Source: Clostridia bacterium
Lineage (GTDB): Bacteria; Bacillota; Clostridia; TANB77; CAG-508
Direction: 5' to 3'
Assembly: GCA_017510825.1 (NCBI GenBank)
Contig: JAFWMA010000005.1
Coordinates: forward strand, 6,428 to 70,427
Length of the DNA stretch: 64,000 bases
Shown: in pieces, positions 32,984-43,157 of the stretch
Layout: every line of letters begins with the position of its first letter
Position numbering within the stretch: position 1 is the first letter of the stretch
The notes under the pieces: model-generated
Database searches by the model: none
Told to the model about the DNA's origin: nothing
What the model saw: only the letters and a program-made list of their open reading frames with translations
Program-made: the position numbers and the translations under genes

Positions 32984-35900
32984 ATGTTAGAATTAAAGGA
33001 CATTAAAAAAGATTATGTTACAGGTGATGAAAAAGTCGAGGCTCTTAAAGGAGTAGACTTAAAATTTAGAGAATCAGAATTTGTATCTATATTAGGCCAG
33101 AGTGGATGTGGTAAAACGACTCTTTTAAATATTATTGGTGGCCTTGATAGATATACTTCTGGAGATTTGATTATTAATGGCAAGTCAACTAAAAAGTTTA
33201 AAGATAGAGATTGGGATGCTTATAGAAATTATAAGGTTGGTTTTGTTTTTCAAAATTATAATTTGATTGGACATCAAACGATTTTATCTAATGTTGAGTT
33301 AGCTTTAACAATTGGAGGAGTGTCAAAAAAAGAGAGAAAGAGGAGAGCTATAAAAGCATTAGAAGAGGTTGGTTTGAAGGAACAAATACACAAAAAACCA
33401 AATCAACTGTCTGGTGGACAAATGCAAAGAGTTGCTATTGCAAGAGCTTTAGTTAACAATCCAGATATTATTTTAGCTGATGAGCCTACAGGTGCACTTG
33501 ATACAAAAACTAGTGTGCAAGTAATGGAAATATTAAAGAGGATTTCTAAGGATAAACTTATTGTAATGGTAACTCATAATCCTGAACTTGCAGAAAAGTA
33601 TTCAAGTAGAATTATAAGGATTTTAGATGGAGTTATTACTGAGGATTCTAATCCAATAAAGAAAAATGAAAAAATAAAAAATAAAGAGACAAACAAGATT
33701 GGCAGAGCATCAATGAGTTTATTTACTGCATTTAGGTTGAGTTTAAATAATCTTCTTACGAAAAAGGGAAGGACGGTTTTAGTCTCTTTCGCTGGATCAA
33801 TTGGTATTATTGGAATAGCTCTTGTTTTGTCAGTTTCTAATGGGTTTCAAGGATATGTTGATCATATACAGGAAGATACTTTAACTTCTTATCCATTAAC
33901 AATTGCTCAGGAATCTAGCAATATATCTGCAATGCTTTTGTCAATGGCATCTGAGGATAAGAAAAGTGATGGCTCAAATGAAGTAAAAGAAGAGCAATAT
34001 ATTTCTAATGTTTTAGCAAATGTTAGTACAAATGATTTGCAGAGTTTTAAAAATTATGTGAATGATAATAAAGAAAAAATAAAAGGTGATGTTTCGTCAA
34101 TTGAGTATTCATATAGTGTTGAACCTAATATTTATGCAAAAGATGCAACTGGAAAAGTTGCTAAACTTAATCCAAGTAATTTGTTTAATTCTCCAATGAG
34201 TTCTAGTTTTATGATGGGAGGAACATCTTTTTCATCAATTTATTCACAGATGATGGAAGATACAAATTTTTTAAATCAGTCTTATGATATGCTTGCTGGG
34301 CATTGGCCGGAAAAGTATAATGAAATGTTAATTGTTTTATCTGAGCCAAATAAAATATCCGATTTATTGGTTTATTCACTTGGATTAAGAGATACTGAAG
34401 AGTTATCTAATATTGTTACAAAGGTAATGAGTGGAGAAAAAGTTGATGTAAATAATGAACCAATGACTTTTTCATATGATGATTTAATGAATATTGAATT
34501 AAAGTTACTTATGCCTTCAGATATTTATAAGCATAATGATGAATATGATGTTTATGAAGATATGTCTAGTGATGAAATATATATGGAGGATTTATATAGT
34601 AATGCTACTCCATTAAAAATAGTTGGTGTTGTAACTGCTAAGGAAGGGGTTACAACAATGGCATTAAGTCCAGGGGTTGCATATAGAAGTGATTTAGTTG
34701 ATCATATAATTGATTATTCTTCTGATAAAGAGATTGTAAAGAAACAACTTGAGAATGATGAAGTTGATGTCTTTTCTGGTAATAGATTTGATAGCAAAAA
34801 AAATGGTGCAGATTTTGACATGTCGAGTTTGATAAGTATTGACATTAGTAAAATAAAAGATGCATTTAATATTGACATAGATCAAAAACAAATAGAAAGG
34901 GAAACTGCTGATTATATGAATCAAATATCAGATTCAATTACTGCTGATATTTCTCCTGCTAAAGGTGCATTTACTGATAATTTAAATAGATTTTCGAATG
35001 AAATATTAGATTCATTACCTGATAATGTAAGTAATGTTAATGTTGAAGAGACGGTAAGTAGATATTTAAATAAAAGTGAACAATTAAGAACGTTTGCTTC
35101 ATTGGAAGCAGAGTATGTAATTCCAAAAGAAACATTTAAATCAACTTATTCTGCACTTTTGAATGGACTAGTTCAAGCTTATGTTGGGGCATATAATTCT
35201 GCTGTTGAGGCAATTCAAGAAAGTGCTAAGTTGGCTAATAGTCTTGCCTTAGCTAATCAAAATGTGAATAATACTACTGTGCCTAATACTACTGCAACTA
35301 ATGCAATTGCGTCTAATACTACTGTAGCAAATAATACTATTCCACAAATTCCAACTATAGATATTCAAGCACAAATTGATGCAATGAAAAATGAAATAAA
35401 AAATAAAGTAGTTTCTGGATTTTTAGAAAGTGTAACAATTTTAGAAACTGAAGAAAAAATGGCGCAAGTAATGACTGAAGCTAATATGAAAAAAACAATT
35501 TTAACAATGGTTGGGGAACTAACAGGAAATTTATCAATGCATTTTGCTTCTGCATATAATATGGATCCTAGTGTATTTGAAAAAATGTTTAATTTTAATT
35601 TTGGAGAAGAGCAAATTACAAGAATTGTATCAGCTATGATGAATAAAAATGATACAACTTTTAAATCTAATTTGATGAAATTAGGATATCAGGACAAGGA
35701 AGAACCAACATATATTTTGTTTTATTTTACAAGTTTTGATGGTAAGGAAAGATTTTTAGATTTTATTGATGAATACAATGAAATGGTTAAAGAAGCGGGA
35801 GAAGATGATAAAGAAATACAATATACAGATACAACGGGAATATTGATGGGCTCAGTAAAAACAATAGTTAATGCTGTAACTTATGTTTTGATTGCATTTA

Positions 35901-36280
35901 TTTCAATTTCATTAATTGTATCTTCAATAATGATAGGAATTATTACATATATTTCTGTTTATGAAAGAACCAAGGAGATTGGAATTTTAAGAGCCATGGG
36001 GGCTTCAAAGAGAAATATATCTTCAATTTTCAATGCTGAGACTTTTATTATAGGTCTACTTTCAGGATTATTTGGAATAGGTATTACTTATGCTTTAGTT
36101 CCTGCAATAAATATAGTATTACATCAATTTACAGGTAATATTCCTTTAGATGTAGTTTTATATGCTGGAAATGCTGTGATATTAATAGTTTTAAGTATTA
36201 TTTTAACATTAATAGGTGGATTAATTCCTGCTAGGGCAGCGTCAAAGCGTGATCCAGTTATAGCATTAAGGACAGAATAA
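32984..36280 (+). CDS. Fused ABC transporter ATPase/permease (MacB/FtsX-like)
   Basis: GQSGCGKT, LSGGQMQR, ILADEPTGALD; C-terminal FtsX segment ERTKEIGILRAMGA. Confidence 0.92.
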   Translation: MLELKDIKKDYVTGDEKVEALKGVDLKFRESEFVSILGQSGCGKTTLLNIIGGLDRYTSGDLIINGKSTKKFKDRDWDAYRNYKVGFVFQNYNLIGHQTILSNVELALTIGGVSKKERKRRAIKALEEVGLKEQIHKKPNQLSGGQMQRVAIARALVNNPDIILADEPTGALDTKTSVQVMEILKRISKDKLIVMVTHNPELAEKYSSRIIRILDGVITEDSNPIKKNEKIKNKETNKIGRASMSLFTAFRLSLNNLLTKKGRTVLVSFAGSIGIIGIALVLSVSNGFQGYVDHIQEDTLTSYPLTIAQESSNISAMLLSMASEDKKSDGSNEVKEEQYISNVLANVSTNDLQSFKNYVNDNKEKIKGDVSSIEYSYSVEPNIYAKDATGKVAKLNPSNLFNSPMSSSFMMGGTSFSSIYSQMMEDTNFLNQSYDMLAGHWPEKYNEMLIVLSEPNKISDLLVYSLGLRDTEELSNIVTKVMSGEKVDVNNEPMTFSYDDLMNIELKLLMPSDIYKHNDEYDVYEDMSSDEIYMEDLYSNATPLKIVGVVTAKEGVTTMALSPGVAYRSDLVDHIIDYSSDKEIVKKQLENDEVDVFSGNRFDSKKNGADFDMSSLISIDISKIKDAFNIDIDQKQIERETADYMNQISDSITADISPAKGAFTDNLNRFSNEILDSLPDNVSNVNVEETVSRYLNKSEQLRTFASLEAEYVIPKETFKSTYSALLNGLVQAYVGAYNSAVEAIQESAKLANSLALANQNVNNTTVPNTTATNAIASNTTVANNTIPQIPTIDIQAQIDAMKNEIKNKVVSGFLESVTILETEEKMAQVMTEANMKKTILTMVGELTGNLSMHFASAYNMDPSVFEKMFNFNFGEEQITRIVSAMMNKNDTTFKSNLMKLGYQDKEEPTYILFYFTSFDGKERFLDFIDEYNEMVKEAGEDDKEIQYTDTTGILMGSVKTIVNAVTYVLIAFISISLIVSSIMIGIITYISVYERTKEIGILRAMGASKRNISSIFNAETFIIGLLSGLFGIGITYALVPAINIVLHQFTGNIPLDVVLYAGNAVILIVLSIILTLIGGLIPARAASKRDPVIALRTE

Positions 36281-36348
36281 GTTGATTTTGTTTTGAAATA
36301 GTGATATAATTGATATATCTATTTGTATTTAGCGTGAAGGGAACGGAA

Positions 36349-36846
36349 ATGTCATATGTTAGTGACCTTAGGAAAATGGTGGGAAATTTTCCACTTCAAC
36401 TTCCTGGTACAGGAGTTGTACTTTGGAGGAAGAATAATTTTGGAGAAGTTGAAATTCTTCTTCAGCTTAGACAGGATAATAATAAATTTGGCTTACTTGG
36501 AGGTGGAATAGAGTTAAACGAAACATATGAACAGTGTGCAATAAGAGAGATACAAGAGGAATCTGGAATTGAATTTTCAGTTCAAGACCTTGAGTTGAAA
36601 GGGGTCTATGCAGGTCCGAATCATGTAACAGTTTTACCAAATGGTGACGTAATACATCATACTGTTGTAGTATATACGATTTATTACTATGGTACAATGG
36701 TGTTTGGACATAGTTTTTCAGAAACAACGGATTTGAGTTGGTTCACTATTGGAAAACTTAGAGAGATGCTACAGGAAACACCGGAAGTTTTCTTTAAGAA
36801 CAATGTTCCTATAATTTGGGATGTTGCTTATAAGTATTTTGAGTAA
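36349..36846 (+). CDS. NUDIX hydrolase
   Basis: GGGIELNETYEQCAIREIQEESG NUDIX box. ATG 36349 preferred over TTG 36310. Confidence 0.9.
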   Translation: MSYVSDLRKMVGNFPLQLPGTGVVLWRKNNFGEVEILLQLRQDNNKFGLLGGGIELNETYEQCAIREIQEESGIEFSVQDLELKGVYAGPNHVTVLPNGDVIHHTVVVYTIYYYGTMVFGHSFSETTDLSWFTIGKLREMLQETPEVFFKNNVPIIWDVAYKYFE

Positions 36847-36887
36847 AATAGAAAAAGGAGGGGTGTCAAACTCTTCCTTTTTCTATT
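36847..36887 (+). terminator. Rho-independent terminator
   Basis: AATAGAAAAAGGAGGGGT-GTCAA-ACTCTTCCTTTTTCTATT. Confidence 0.75.
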
Positions 36888-37031
36888 AATTGGAAATTCT
36901 GGTATAATAAATTTTTATTTCATATTTACATATTGTGTATATTTTTTTGCTATGGTATAATAATACAAATAGAAGAGTAAGTTTATGATTAATTTATTTT
37001 ATAGAAAAGGAAAGGAATTAAGTTAAAAAGA

Positions 37032-37184
37032 TTTGTTATATAATAGTAAAATTTTACTTTCTAATTTATATAAAATCTTGATGTGACTATTTTTTATTAT
37101 ATAAAATTTATCACAGATGAACAATTAAACGCGGACTTCAAAAAATAAAAGTTTTTTGTAGAACTGGTAATGTTGCTATTGTTC
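37032..37184 (+). repeat. Dispersed structured intergenic repeat, diverged copy 3
   Basis: Same layout as 21641 and 55271, with exact GAACAATTAAACGCGGACTT core and GCTATTGTTC end. Confidence 0.8.
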
Positions 37185-37204
37185 TTTAACTTTATTTATG
37201 AATT

Positions 37205-39469
37205 ATGACAAAAGCTAAAAAGTTTTTATGTTTTATGATGTTTTTGATCTTAATGATGTATATGCTATTACCAATGACAGTCTTTTCAAAAGTAAGTAAT
37301 TATTTGGCAACTGGAGATAGCATTGCTTATGGATATGGTTTACCCAATATTGCAATTCAGAGTTATCCACAGATAGTTAGAAATAAACTCGGGGTAGATT
37401 TATCAAATTTTAAGAATTTATCTGTTTCTGGTATGACTTGTCAAGAATATTATAGTACTATTCAAACTAGTGAATATAAAACAGCGATACAAAATGCAGA
37501 TTTAATGACTGTTTCAATTGGATCAAATGAGATGCTTGAGCTTATTACAGGTGCATTGTCTGAGGTAACTGGAATTCCAGCAAATGATCCGGCTTTTTTG
37601 CAAAAGGTTAAACAAGTATTTAATGAAGCATCATTAGTAAAAAAATACGAAATGGCAACAGCTATATATAATTTTTTTACTAGTCAAGAAACTAAGGTTA
37701 AATTAAATCAAAGTTTAAATACTTATACTGAGTATTGGGATAAATCTGTTAAATATATTAAGAGTATTAATAACAATATAAATATTATTGCAACTGAGTT
37801 TTATAATCCATATTATGAAATACAAATTGCAACATTTGATTTAAGTGGTTTTATTGATGAATGGATAGTTAAAATGAATAGTGTATTAAATTCGAGAAGT
37901 AATGGCGAGACGGATTATAAAGTTGCTAAAATATACAATGCATTTAATACAACCAATCCTAGACTTACTAATGTTGACATTAATTTATCACTAACTAATA
38001 TGAATATTGAGCTAGATCCACATCCAAATGTAGCAGGACATGAAATGATTGCTTCAAAAGTGATGGATGCATATTATACAATAAAAGAAACTAAGAAAAA
38101 TATTTCGGAGTTGTTTATTTCAGAAATTAAAGATCAGGTTTATTCAGGTAATGAAATTCGACCTTCTATAACAGTAAAAGATGGAAATAAAATTCTTGTT
38201 GAAAATACTGATTATACTGTAATTTATATTAATAATGTTAATGTTGGAGAAGCTAAGGTTAATATTGTTGGAATTGGTAATTATTCGGGTAATGTAGTAA
38301 AAACATTTAACATTAAAGAACAGCAAATTCAGAAGAAGTCTATTGTAAATTTATCATTTTCTAACATAGAAAATCAAATATATATAGGAACTGAAATTAA
38401 ACCAGATATTGAAATAAAAGACGGCAATAAAGTATTAGCTAAAAATAGAGATTATGAAGTAGTTTACAAAAATAATATAAATGTTGGAAATGCTAGTATG
38501 ATAGTAAGAGGTGTTGGAAGTTATGAAGGGACTGTTAGCAAAGAATTTTCTATAATTCCGAAAAATATAATTGGGGCTACTATAGCTGAAATTCAAGATC
38601 AACAATTTACAGGTAGTGAAATTAAACCTGTGGTTGTTGTTTATGATGGATCAGCTAAATTAATTGAGAATAAGGATTATAAATTATCTTTTAATAATAA
38701 TGTACAAGTTGGCACAGCGACGGTTTTGATTTCAGGAATGAATAACTATAATGGAGAGATTAGTAAAAATTTTAATATTATTCAAAATCTAGAACCAAAT
38801 AAAAAAGATATATCTCAAGTTCAATGTTCAGAAATTGAAAGCAAAATTTATACTGGAAAGCTAATAACACCTGAAGTTATTTTAGTAGATAGTGAAAAGA
38901 TACTGATAAAAGATGTTGATTATAAAATAAATTATGAAAACAATATTGATGTTGGAACAGGGAGAGCAATAATAACTGGTATTGGAGTTTATGCTGGTTC
39001 AGTTGTAAAGAACTTTAGTATTGTAAAAAAAGATGTTAATCATACATATATTGAGGATATACCAGATCAAGTATTTGAGGGAAAAGATATTAGACCGGTT
39101 GTAACAATTACGAATGATAAAATAAAATTAACAGAAGGAATTGATTATACTGTTGAATATGTGGATAATAATAAAGTTGGAACTGCACGAATAGTGATAA
39201 ATGGAATTAACAATTTTACTGGAGTAATGGTAAAGTCATTTAATATCGTTCAGCCTGAGATTCCACCTAAAGATGATATTCCTCAAAAGAGAGATACTGT
39301 AGATCCACAAAATAGGGATGAAAAAAATATTGCTGAAGTTGATGCTACAGTTAGTAACAAACCAATTCCTCAAACGGGGCAAAGTATGATTATAGGTAGT
39401 TTAATAGCTGGTAGTATTATTGTTTTAATTGGGTTAAGAATTTGGTTAAAAAAGTATAAAAATATATAA
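37205..39469 (+). CDS. Secreted SGNH/GDSL hydrolase with five ~77-aa Ig-like repeats and IPQTG sortase signal
   Basis: Signal peptide; GDSIAYG, SIGSNE, DPHPN; repeats QxYxGxEIxPxxxVxDGxKxLxxxxDYxVxYxNNxxVGxA; IPQTG-TM-KK. Confidence 0.85.
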   Translation: MTKAKKFLCFMMFLILMMYMLLPMTVFSKVSNYLATGDSIAYGYGLPNIAIQSYPQIVRNKLGVDLSNFKNLSVSGMTCQEYYSTIQTSEYKTAIQNADLMTVSIGSNEMLELITGALSEVTGIPANDPAFLQKVKQVFNEASLVKKYEMATAIYNFFTSQETKVKLNQSLNTYTEYWDKSVKYIKSINNNINIIATEFYNPYYEIQIATFDLSGFIDEWIVKMNSVLNSRSNGETDYKVAKIYNAFNTTNPRLTNVDINLSLTNMNIELDPHPNVAGHEMIASKVMDAYYTIKETKKNISELFISEIKDQVYSGNEIRPSITVKDGNKILVENTDYTVIYINNVNVGEAKVNIVGIGNYSGNVVKTFNIKEQQIQKKSIVNLSFSNIENQIYIGTEIKPDIEIKDGNKVLAKNRDYEVVYKNNINVGNASMIVRGVGSYEGTVSKEFSIIPKNIIGATIAEIQDQQFTGSEIKPVVVVYDGSAKLIENKDYKLSFNNNVQVGTATVLISGMNNYNGEISKNFNIIQNLEPNKKDISQVQCSEIESKIYTGKLITPEVILVDSEKILIKDVDYKINYENNIDVGTGRAIITGIGVYAGSVVKNFSIVKKDVNHTYIEDIPDQVFEGKDIRPVVTITNDKIKLTEGIDYTVEYVDNNKVGTARIVINGINNFTGVMVKSFNIVQPEIPPKDDIPQKRDTVDPQNRDEKNIAEVDATVSNKPIPQTGQSMIIGSLIAGSIIVLIGLRIWLKKYKNI

Positions 39470-39479
39470 GTGTATAGAG

Positions 39480-39521
39480 TTACAAAGGAGAATTTACTTA
39501 TTAGTGAATTCTTTTTTGTAG
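39480..39521 (+). terminator. Rho-independent terminator
   Basis: TACAAAGGAGAATTTACT-TATT-AGTGAATTCTTTTTTGTA. Confidence 0.7.
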
Positions 39522-39685
39522 TAATAGAAATATTATTTACTTATTAAATGGAGTTAATCTAGGATTAGTTATGTAAACAAAATACAACCTACAATAGTAA
39601 AAGTACGATATTTTTGTGTTATTTGCTTGATTTTATGTAGAGTATGTAGTAAAATAGTATTTGATTAGGGATTATAGGAGATAAT

Positions 39686-39871
39686 ATGAAAGAAAACATA
39701 GAGTTAGAAGTTTCGTTAGAAGTTATTATGTCTAAGATAGCAGATGCTATATTTAAATTGACAAGTGCTCCAAATGAAAATAATGAAAAAGAATTAAGAA
39801 AGCTAATAGATATTCAGGAAAAAGCATATCAAGGTGATGGTGATATGGTTAGTAAGATTCTACATAGTTAA
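39686..39871 (+). CDS. Small helical protein, candidate antitoxin or partner of the downstream zeta-like kinase
   Basis: AGGAG RBS; C-terminus resembles that of 40931-41137 (L..+.E..Y.G....+.KIL). Confidence 0.7.
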   Translation: MKENIELEVSLEVIMSKIADAIFKLTSAPNENNEKELRKLIDIQEKAYQGDGDMVSKILHS

Positions 39872-39912
39872 AACGATGTGTATTGAAATTAATAAGTAGG
39901 AAAGGACGAAAA

Positions 39913-40902
39913 ATGGAGAAAAGAGTTATATCACATGAAGTCTTAAAGAGTGTTTTGCCCCAAATGCCTAAAATGATAATAAATATGTTGCCAGATACTC
40001 CTGAAAATTTGTTAAAATATGCAGAGAGAGTAAAGCAAATTAGTTTTTCTTCTAGTATAAAAGACGAAGAAATTAAGAAGTTAATGAAAAAGTATTTATT
40101 GAGTGATGAAGAATATTTGAAAACTTTTTTTTATGTTATGGCTTTAACTTTTTATAATAAAAAACCTGTTGATAAGCCGGAAATTGCAGTAATAGTTGCG
40201 CAAACAGGTAGTGGCAAAAGTCATTTAACTGCGAAGTTATTAAGGAGGAATAGTAATTTTGTATTCATAGATTCGGATAAGTATAAACATTTTAGATTTG
40301 ATGCGAAAATGATAGCAAATGAGTATCAAGTATTGTATCCTTTTTTGACTGGGCCAGATGCATATGATCATGCTGATAATTTGTATAAATACGCAATAGA
40401 AAATAGATATAATGTAATTAAAGAAACTGCTCCATCTCCAAATAAAGATTTACTTGGATTTAAAATTGACAGAAAATATAAAATTTCAGTACATATTTTA
40501 GCTGTAGGCAATTTGAATAGTCTTTTGTCTATTCATGAGAGATATGAATTGCAGATTTTAAGTGGATTGAAAACTGCTAAACTTACACCAATAATTAGAC
40601 ACAATGAATCATACAATGTGTTGTTAGAATGTGTTAAGCAATTAATAGATAATAATAATTATGATGAATTATTTGTATATACTAGAGGAAAAATTGAAGA
40701 TGATTTTAACCCGATAAAGATTTATCCATCATCTAAATATAGTAATCCTATTGATGCAATAGAATCTGCAAGGATTGATGATAATAATATTACAAAACAG
40801 GAATTCAATCATAGAAATAAATTGATTATTGAAAAAATGGATAATAGGAAAGCTTTAAAAGAAAATTATGAGCAAGTAGAAGAATTAAAAAAATATATTT
40901 AA
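39913..40902 (+). CDS. Zeta-toxin/PezT-like P-loop kinase, copy 1
   Basis: AQTGSGKS, IDSDKYK, YNVIKET, SLLSIHERYE, RHNESY line up with zeta-family motifs. Start could be 39883. Confidence 0.78.
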   Translation: MEKRVISHEVLKSVLPQMPKMIINMLPDTPENLLKYAERVKQISFSSSIKDEEIKKLMKKYLLSDEEYLKTFFYVMALTFYNKKPVDKPEIAVIVAQTGSGKSHLTAKLLRRNSNFVFIDSDKYKHFRFDAKMIANEYQVLYPFLTGPDAYDHADNLYKYAIENRYNVIKETAPSPNKDLLGFKIDRKYKISVHILAVGNLNSLLSIHERYELQILSGLKTAKLTPIIRHNESYNVLLECVKQLIDNNNYDELFVYTRGKIEDDFNPIKIYPSSKYSNPIDAIESARIDDNNITKQEFNHRNKLIIEKMDNRKALKENYEQVEELKKYI

Positions 40903-40930
40903 AATTAGTATAGTGAAAAGGAGAATTTTT

Positions 40931-41137
40931 ATGTTAGAAAGTTCAGTTAAAGAAAAAGCAATGAATATGCTTTTGGATGAGTTATCTGGATTAATGGATG
41001 AGCTAATGTATACTAATGATGAAAATGAATCTGTTGTATTAAAGGAAAAAATTGATTTGCTAGAGAAAATGAAGGAGGAAGTGTACAAAGGAAATGAGAG
41101 AATAATTAATAAAATATTGAAAGCAGGTGACGATTAA
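40931..41137 (+). CDS. Small acidic helical protein, paralog of 39686-39871
   Basis: AAGGAG RBS before ATG 40931; KIDLLEKMKEEVYKGNERIINKIL. Confidence 0.7.
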   Translation: MLESSVKEKAMNMLLDELSGLMDELMYTNDENESVVLKEKIDLLEKMKEEVYKGNERIINKILKAGDD

Positions 41138-41140
41138 AAT

Positions 41141-42232
41141 ATGGGAAATAATAAACAGAGACGTAGTATTGATGAGGAAACTATAGATAAAGTGGTTTCA
41201 AATTTTAGCAGAGATTTTATTGAAAAAATTCCAGGAGATCCTAGGAAAACTGCTAGAAGTTATGCCAAAAGAATTGTTGAACCTTATTTTTCACCATCAA
41301 TTAGTGAAGATTTAAGAAAGATGATGTTGGAATATAGACTTTCTGATGAAGACTATTTAAAAACTTTTTTTAAGATTTTTTCTCATACGTATTATGGGAA
41401 AGATGTTAGTGATAATCCAAGAGCTTTTATTTTATTGTCACAAACAGGTGGAGGAAAATCAAATCTTAGAGAAAGAATTTTGAGAGAAAATCCTAATGTT
41501 GTACTATTAGATTCAGATAGTTATAAACGATTTAGACCTGATAGTATGAAAATTCAACAACAATATCCACAGTTTTATGGAGCTTTAACAGGTATAGATT
41601 CTTATGATCATCTGGAGAATATTTCTAGATATACAATGCAAAATGGATATGATTTTTTGATTGAAAGTGCTCCTTCAGTCAGTCAAGGAGTAATAGGAGT
41701 TAATTTAGTTGAATTAGAACAATTGGATTATGGTATAGATTATGATGCACTAGCTATAGGGGATGTGGTAAGTCAAATGGCAGTTCATAAAAGATACGAA
41801 GAAATGTTAAGAGATGATTTACTTAGAGATTCTGCGAAATTAACTGATATTGATAGGCATAATGATTCTTATTCTGCTGTTGTGCTTGTATTACAAAATT
41901 CTTCTTCGAATTCTAAAATTGTAGTATATAGAAGGGGTACAGATATGGAAGACAGAGTTCCGCAAGTAATTGAATCGGATGATGCTAAGGAAAGTAAAAT
42001 TGAAACTCTTGAAGAGTATAGGAGAAGGAGTAATGAAGAGTATTTAACATCACATCAATTTGCTCGTGACTATAATGAAGTTAAGAGAATGATGGATGAA
42101 AGACAAGCACCTGAAATACAAAGGGTACAATTAGAAAGTGTATTACAGAATGCTAAATTAAGAGCTACTCAAATTAATAGTAATCAAATTTGTAATATTG
42201 AAACAGAAATTGAAGAAGATATTGATTTTTAA
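41141..42232 (+). CDS. Zeta-toxin/PezT-like P-loop kinase, copy 2
   Basis: SQTGGGKS, LDSDSYKRFRP, YDFLIES, SQMAVHKRYE, RHNDSY. Clearly paralogous to copy 1 (LSDE.YLKTFF, LTG.D.YDH, AKLT.I.RHN.SY). Confidence 0.8.
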   Translation: MGNNKQRRSIDEETIDKVVSNFSRDFIEKIPGDPRKTARSYAKRIVEPYFSPSISEDLRKMMLEYRLSDEDYLKTFFKIFSHTYYGKDVSDNPRAFILLSQTGGGKSNLRERILRENPNVVLLDSDSYKRFRPDSMKIQQQYPQFYGALTGIDSYDHLENISRYTMQNGYDFLIESAPSVSQGVIGVNLVELEQLDYGIDYDALAIGDVVSQMAVHKRYEEMLRDDLLRDSAKLTDIDRHNDSYSAVVLVLQNSSSNSKIVVYRRGTDMEDRVPQVIESDDAKESKIETLEEYRRRSNEEYLTSHQFARDYNEVKRMMDERQAPEIQRVQLESVLQNAKLRATQINSNQICNIETEIEEDIDF

Positions 42233-42249
42233 AGAGGAGAGAATAGGAA

Positions 42250-43068
42250 ATGATTATTTATCCAAAGACAAGTGATAGCCTTCAAGGATTTGATGTATTG
42301 AAACCTTATGTGGAATATAGCCATGGAACAGAGATTCAAATGTTAAAATGGGAAAAACTAGAATATTTAGATGAGATTATTGATAAAATGATAAGTGAGG
42401 TTCCTACGATTGAAGAAATAACTGTACATCCACCTTTGACAGAAGAGTATAATTTTGAAGTTCTTTCATATAAAAACTTTGATGAAGAAATTAATAGGAT
42501 AAAATTATTAATTGAATTATCGGAAAAATATAGTATAAGAGTAAATTTACTATATCATACTAGGTGGGATTATAATTGTTGGATGAGTAGTGGTGGAGTA
42601 AATCGAATGACTCAATTGGTTGAACTTATTGAAAATACAAATATTAAAATTTTAGTTGAAAATATTTATTCAATGGTTGATAAGGAAGATTCAACAGTTT
42701 TAAAACTCGCTAGGAAAATTGATAGCGAAAATTTCAAAGTTTGTTTAGATATATGTCATTTACACTGTCAGGCAAATGTTTTTAAATTAGGCTTTGATGA
42801 GTTTTTGAGTAATTATTTAAATAAGGATGATTGTGAAAAATATGTTTATCAAATTCATTTTGCTAGTACATTAAAAAATGATGGATATGTTGAAAAAGCA
42901 ACACATGGAAGGAAACATGATACTATGGAAAGTTTTGAAGAAGATTATAAGATTCTAAGAGATTATGGCATGGAAAATAGGATAATAGTTCCTGAAATTT
43001 CAGAAGATGATTATTCAATTAGAGTTGATCAGATTGCTGAAATAAAAATGCTTAAAAGGATGTGTTAA
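42250..43068 (+). CDS. Xylose-isomerase-like / AP endonuclease 2 TIM-barrel protein
   Basis: TVHPP, ILVEN, VCLDICH, QIHF, HGRKH, IVPE metal-binding pattern. Confidence 0.75.
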   Translation: MIIYPKTSDSLQGFDVLKPYVEYSHGTEIQMLKWEKLEYLDEIIDKMISEVPTIEEITVHPPLTEEYNFEVLSYKNFDEEINRIKLLIELSEKYSIRVNLLYHTRWDYNCWMSSGGVNRMTQLVELIENTNIKILVENIYSMVDKEDSTVLKLARKIDSENFKVCLDICHLHCQANVFKLGFDEFLSNYLNKDDCEKYVYQIHFASTLKNDGYVEKATHGRKHDTMESFEEDYKILRDYGMENRIIVPEISEDDYSIRVDQIAEIKMLKRMC

Positions 43069-43157
43069 ATTTTGTGATAAAAGGAACGGGTTGTTTGATT
43101 GTATTTTGTTCAATAGGTATGAGAGAATTCAAAGGAAAAAAGGAGAATGGAAAAGAG

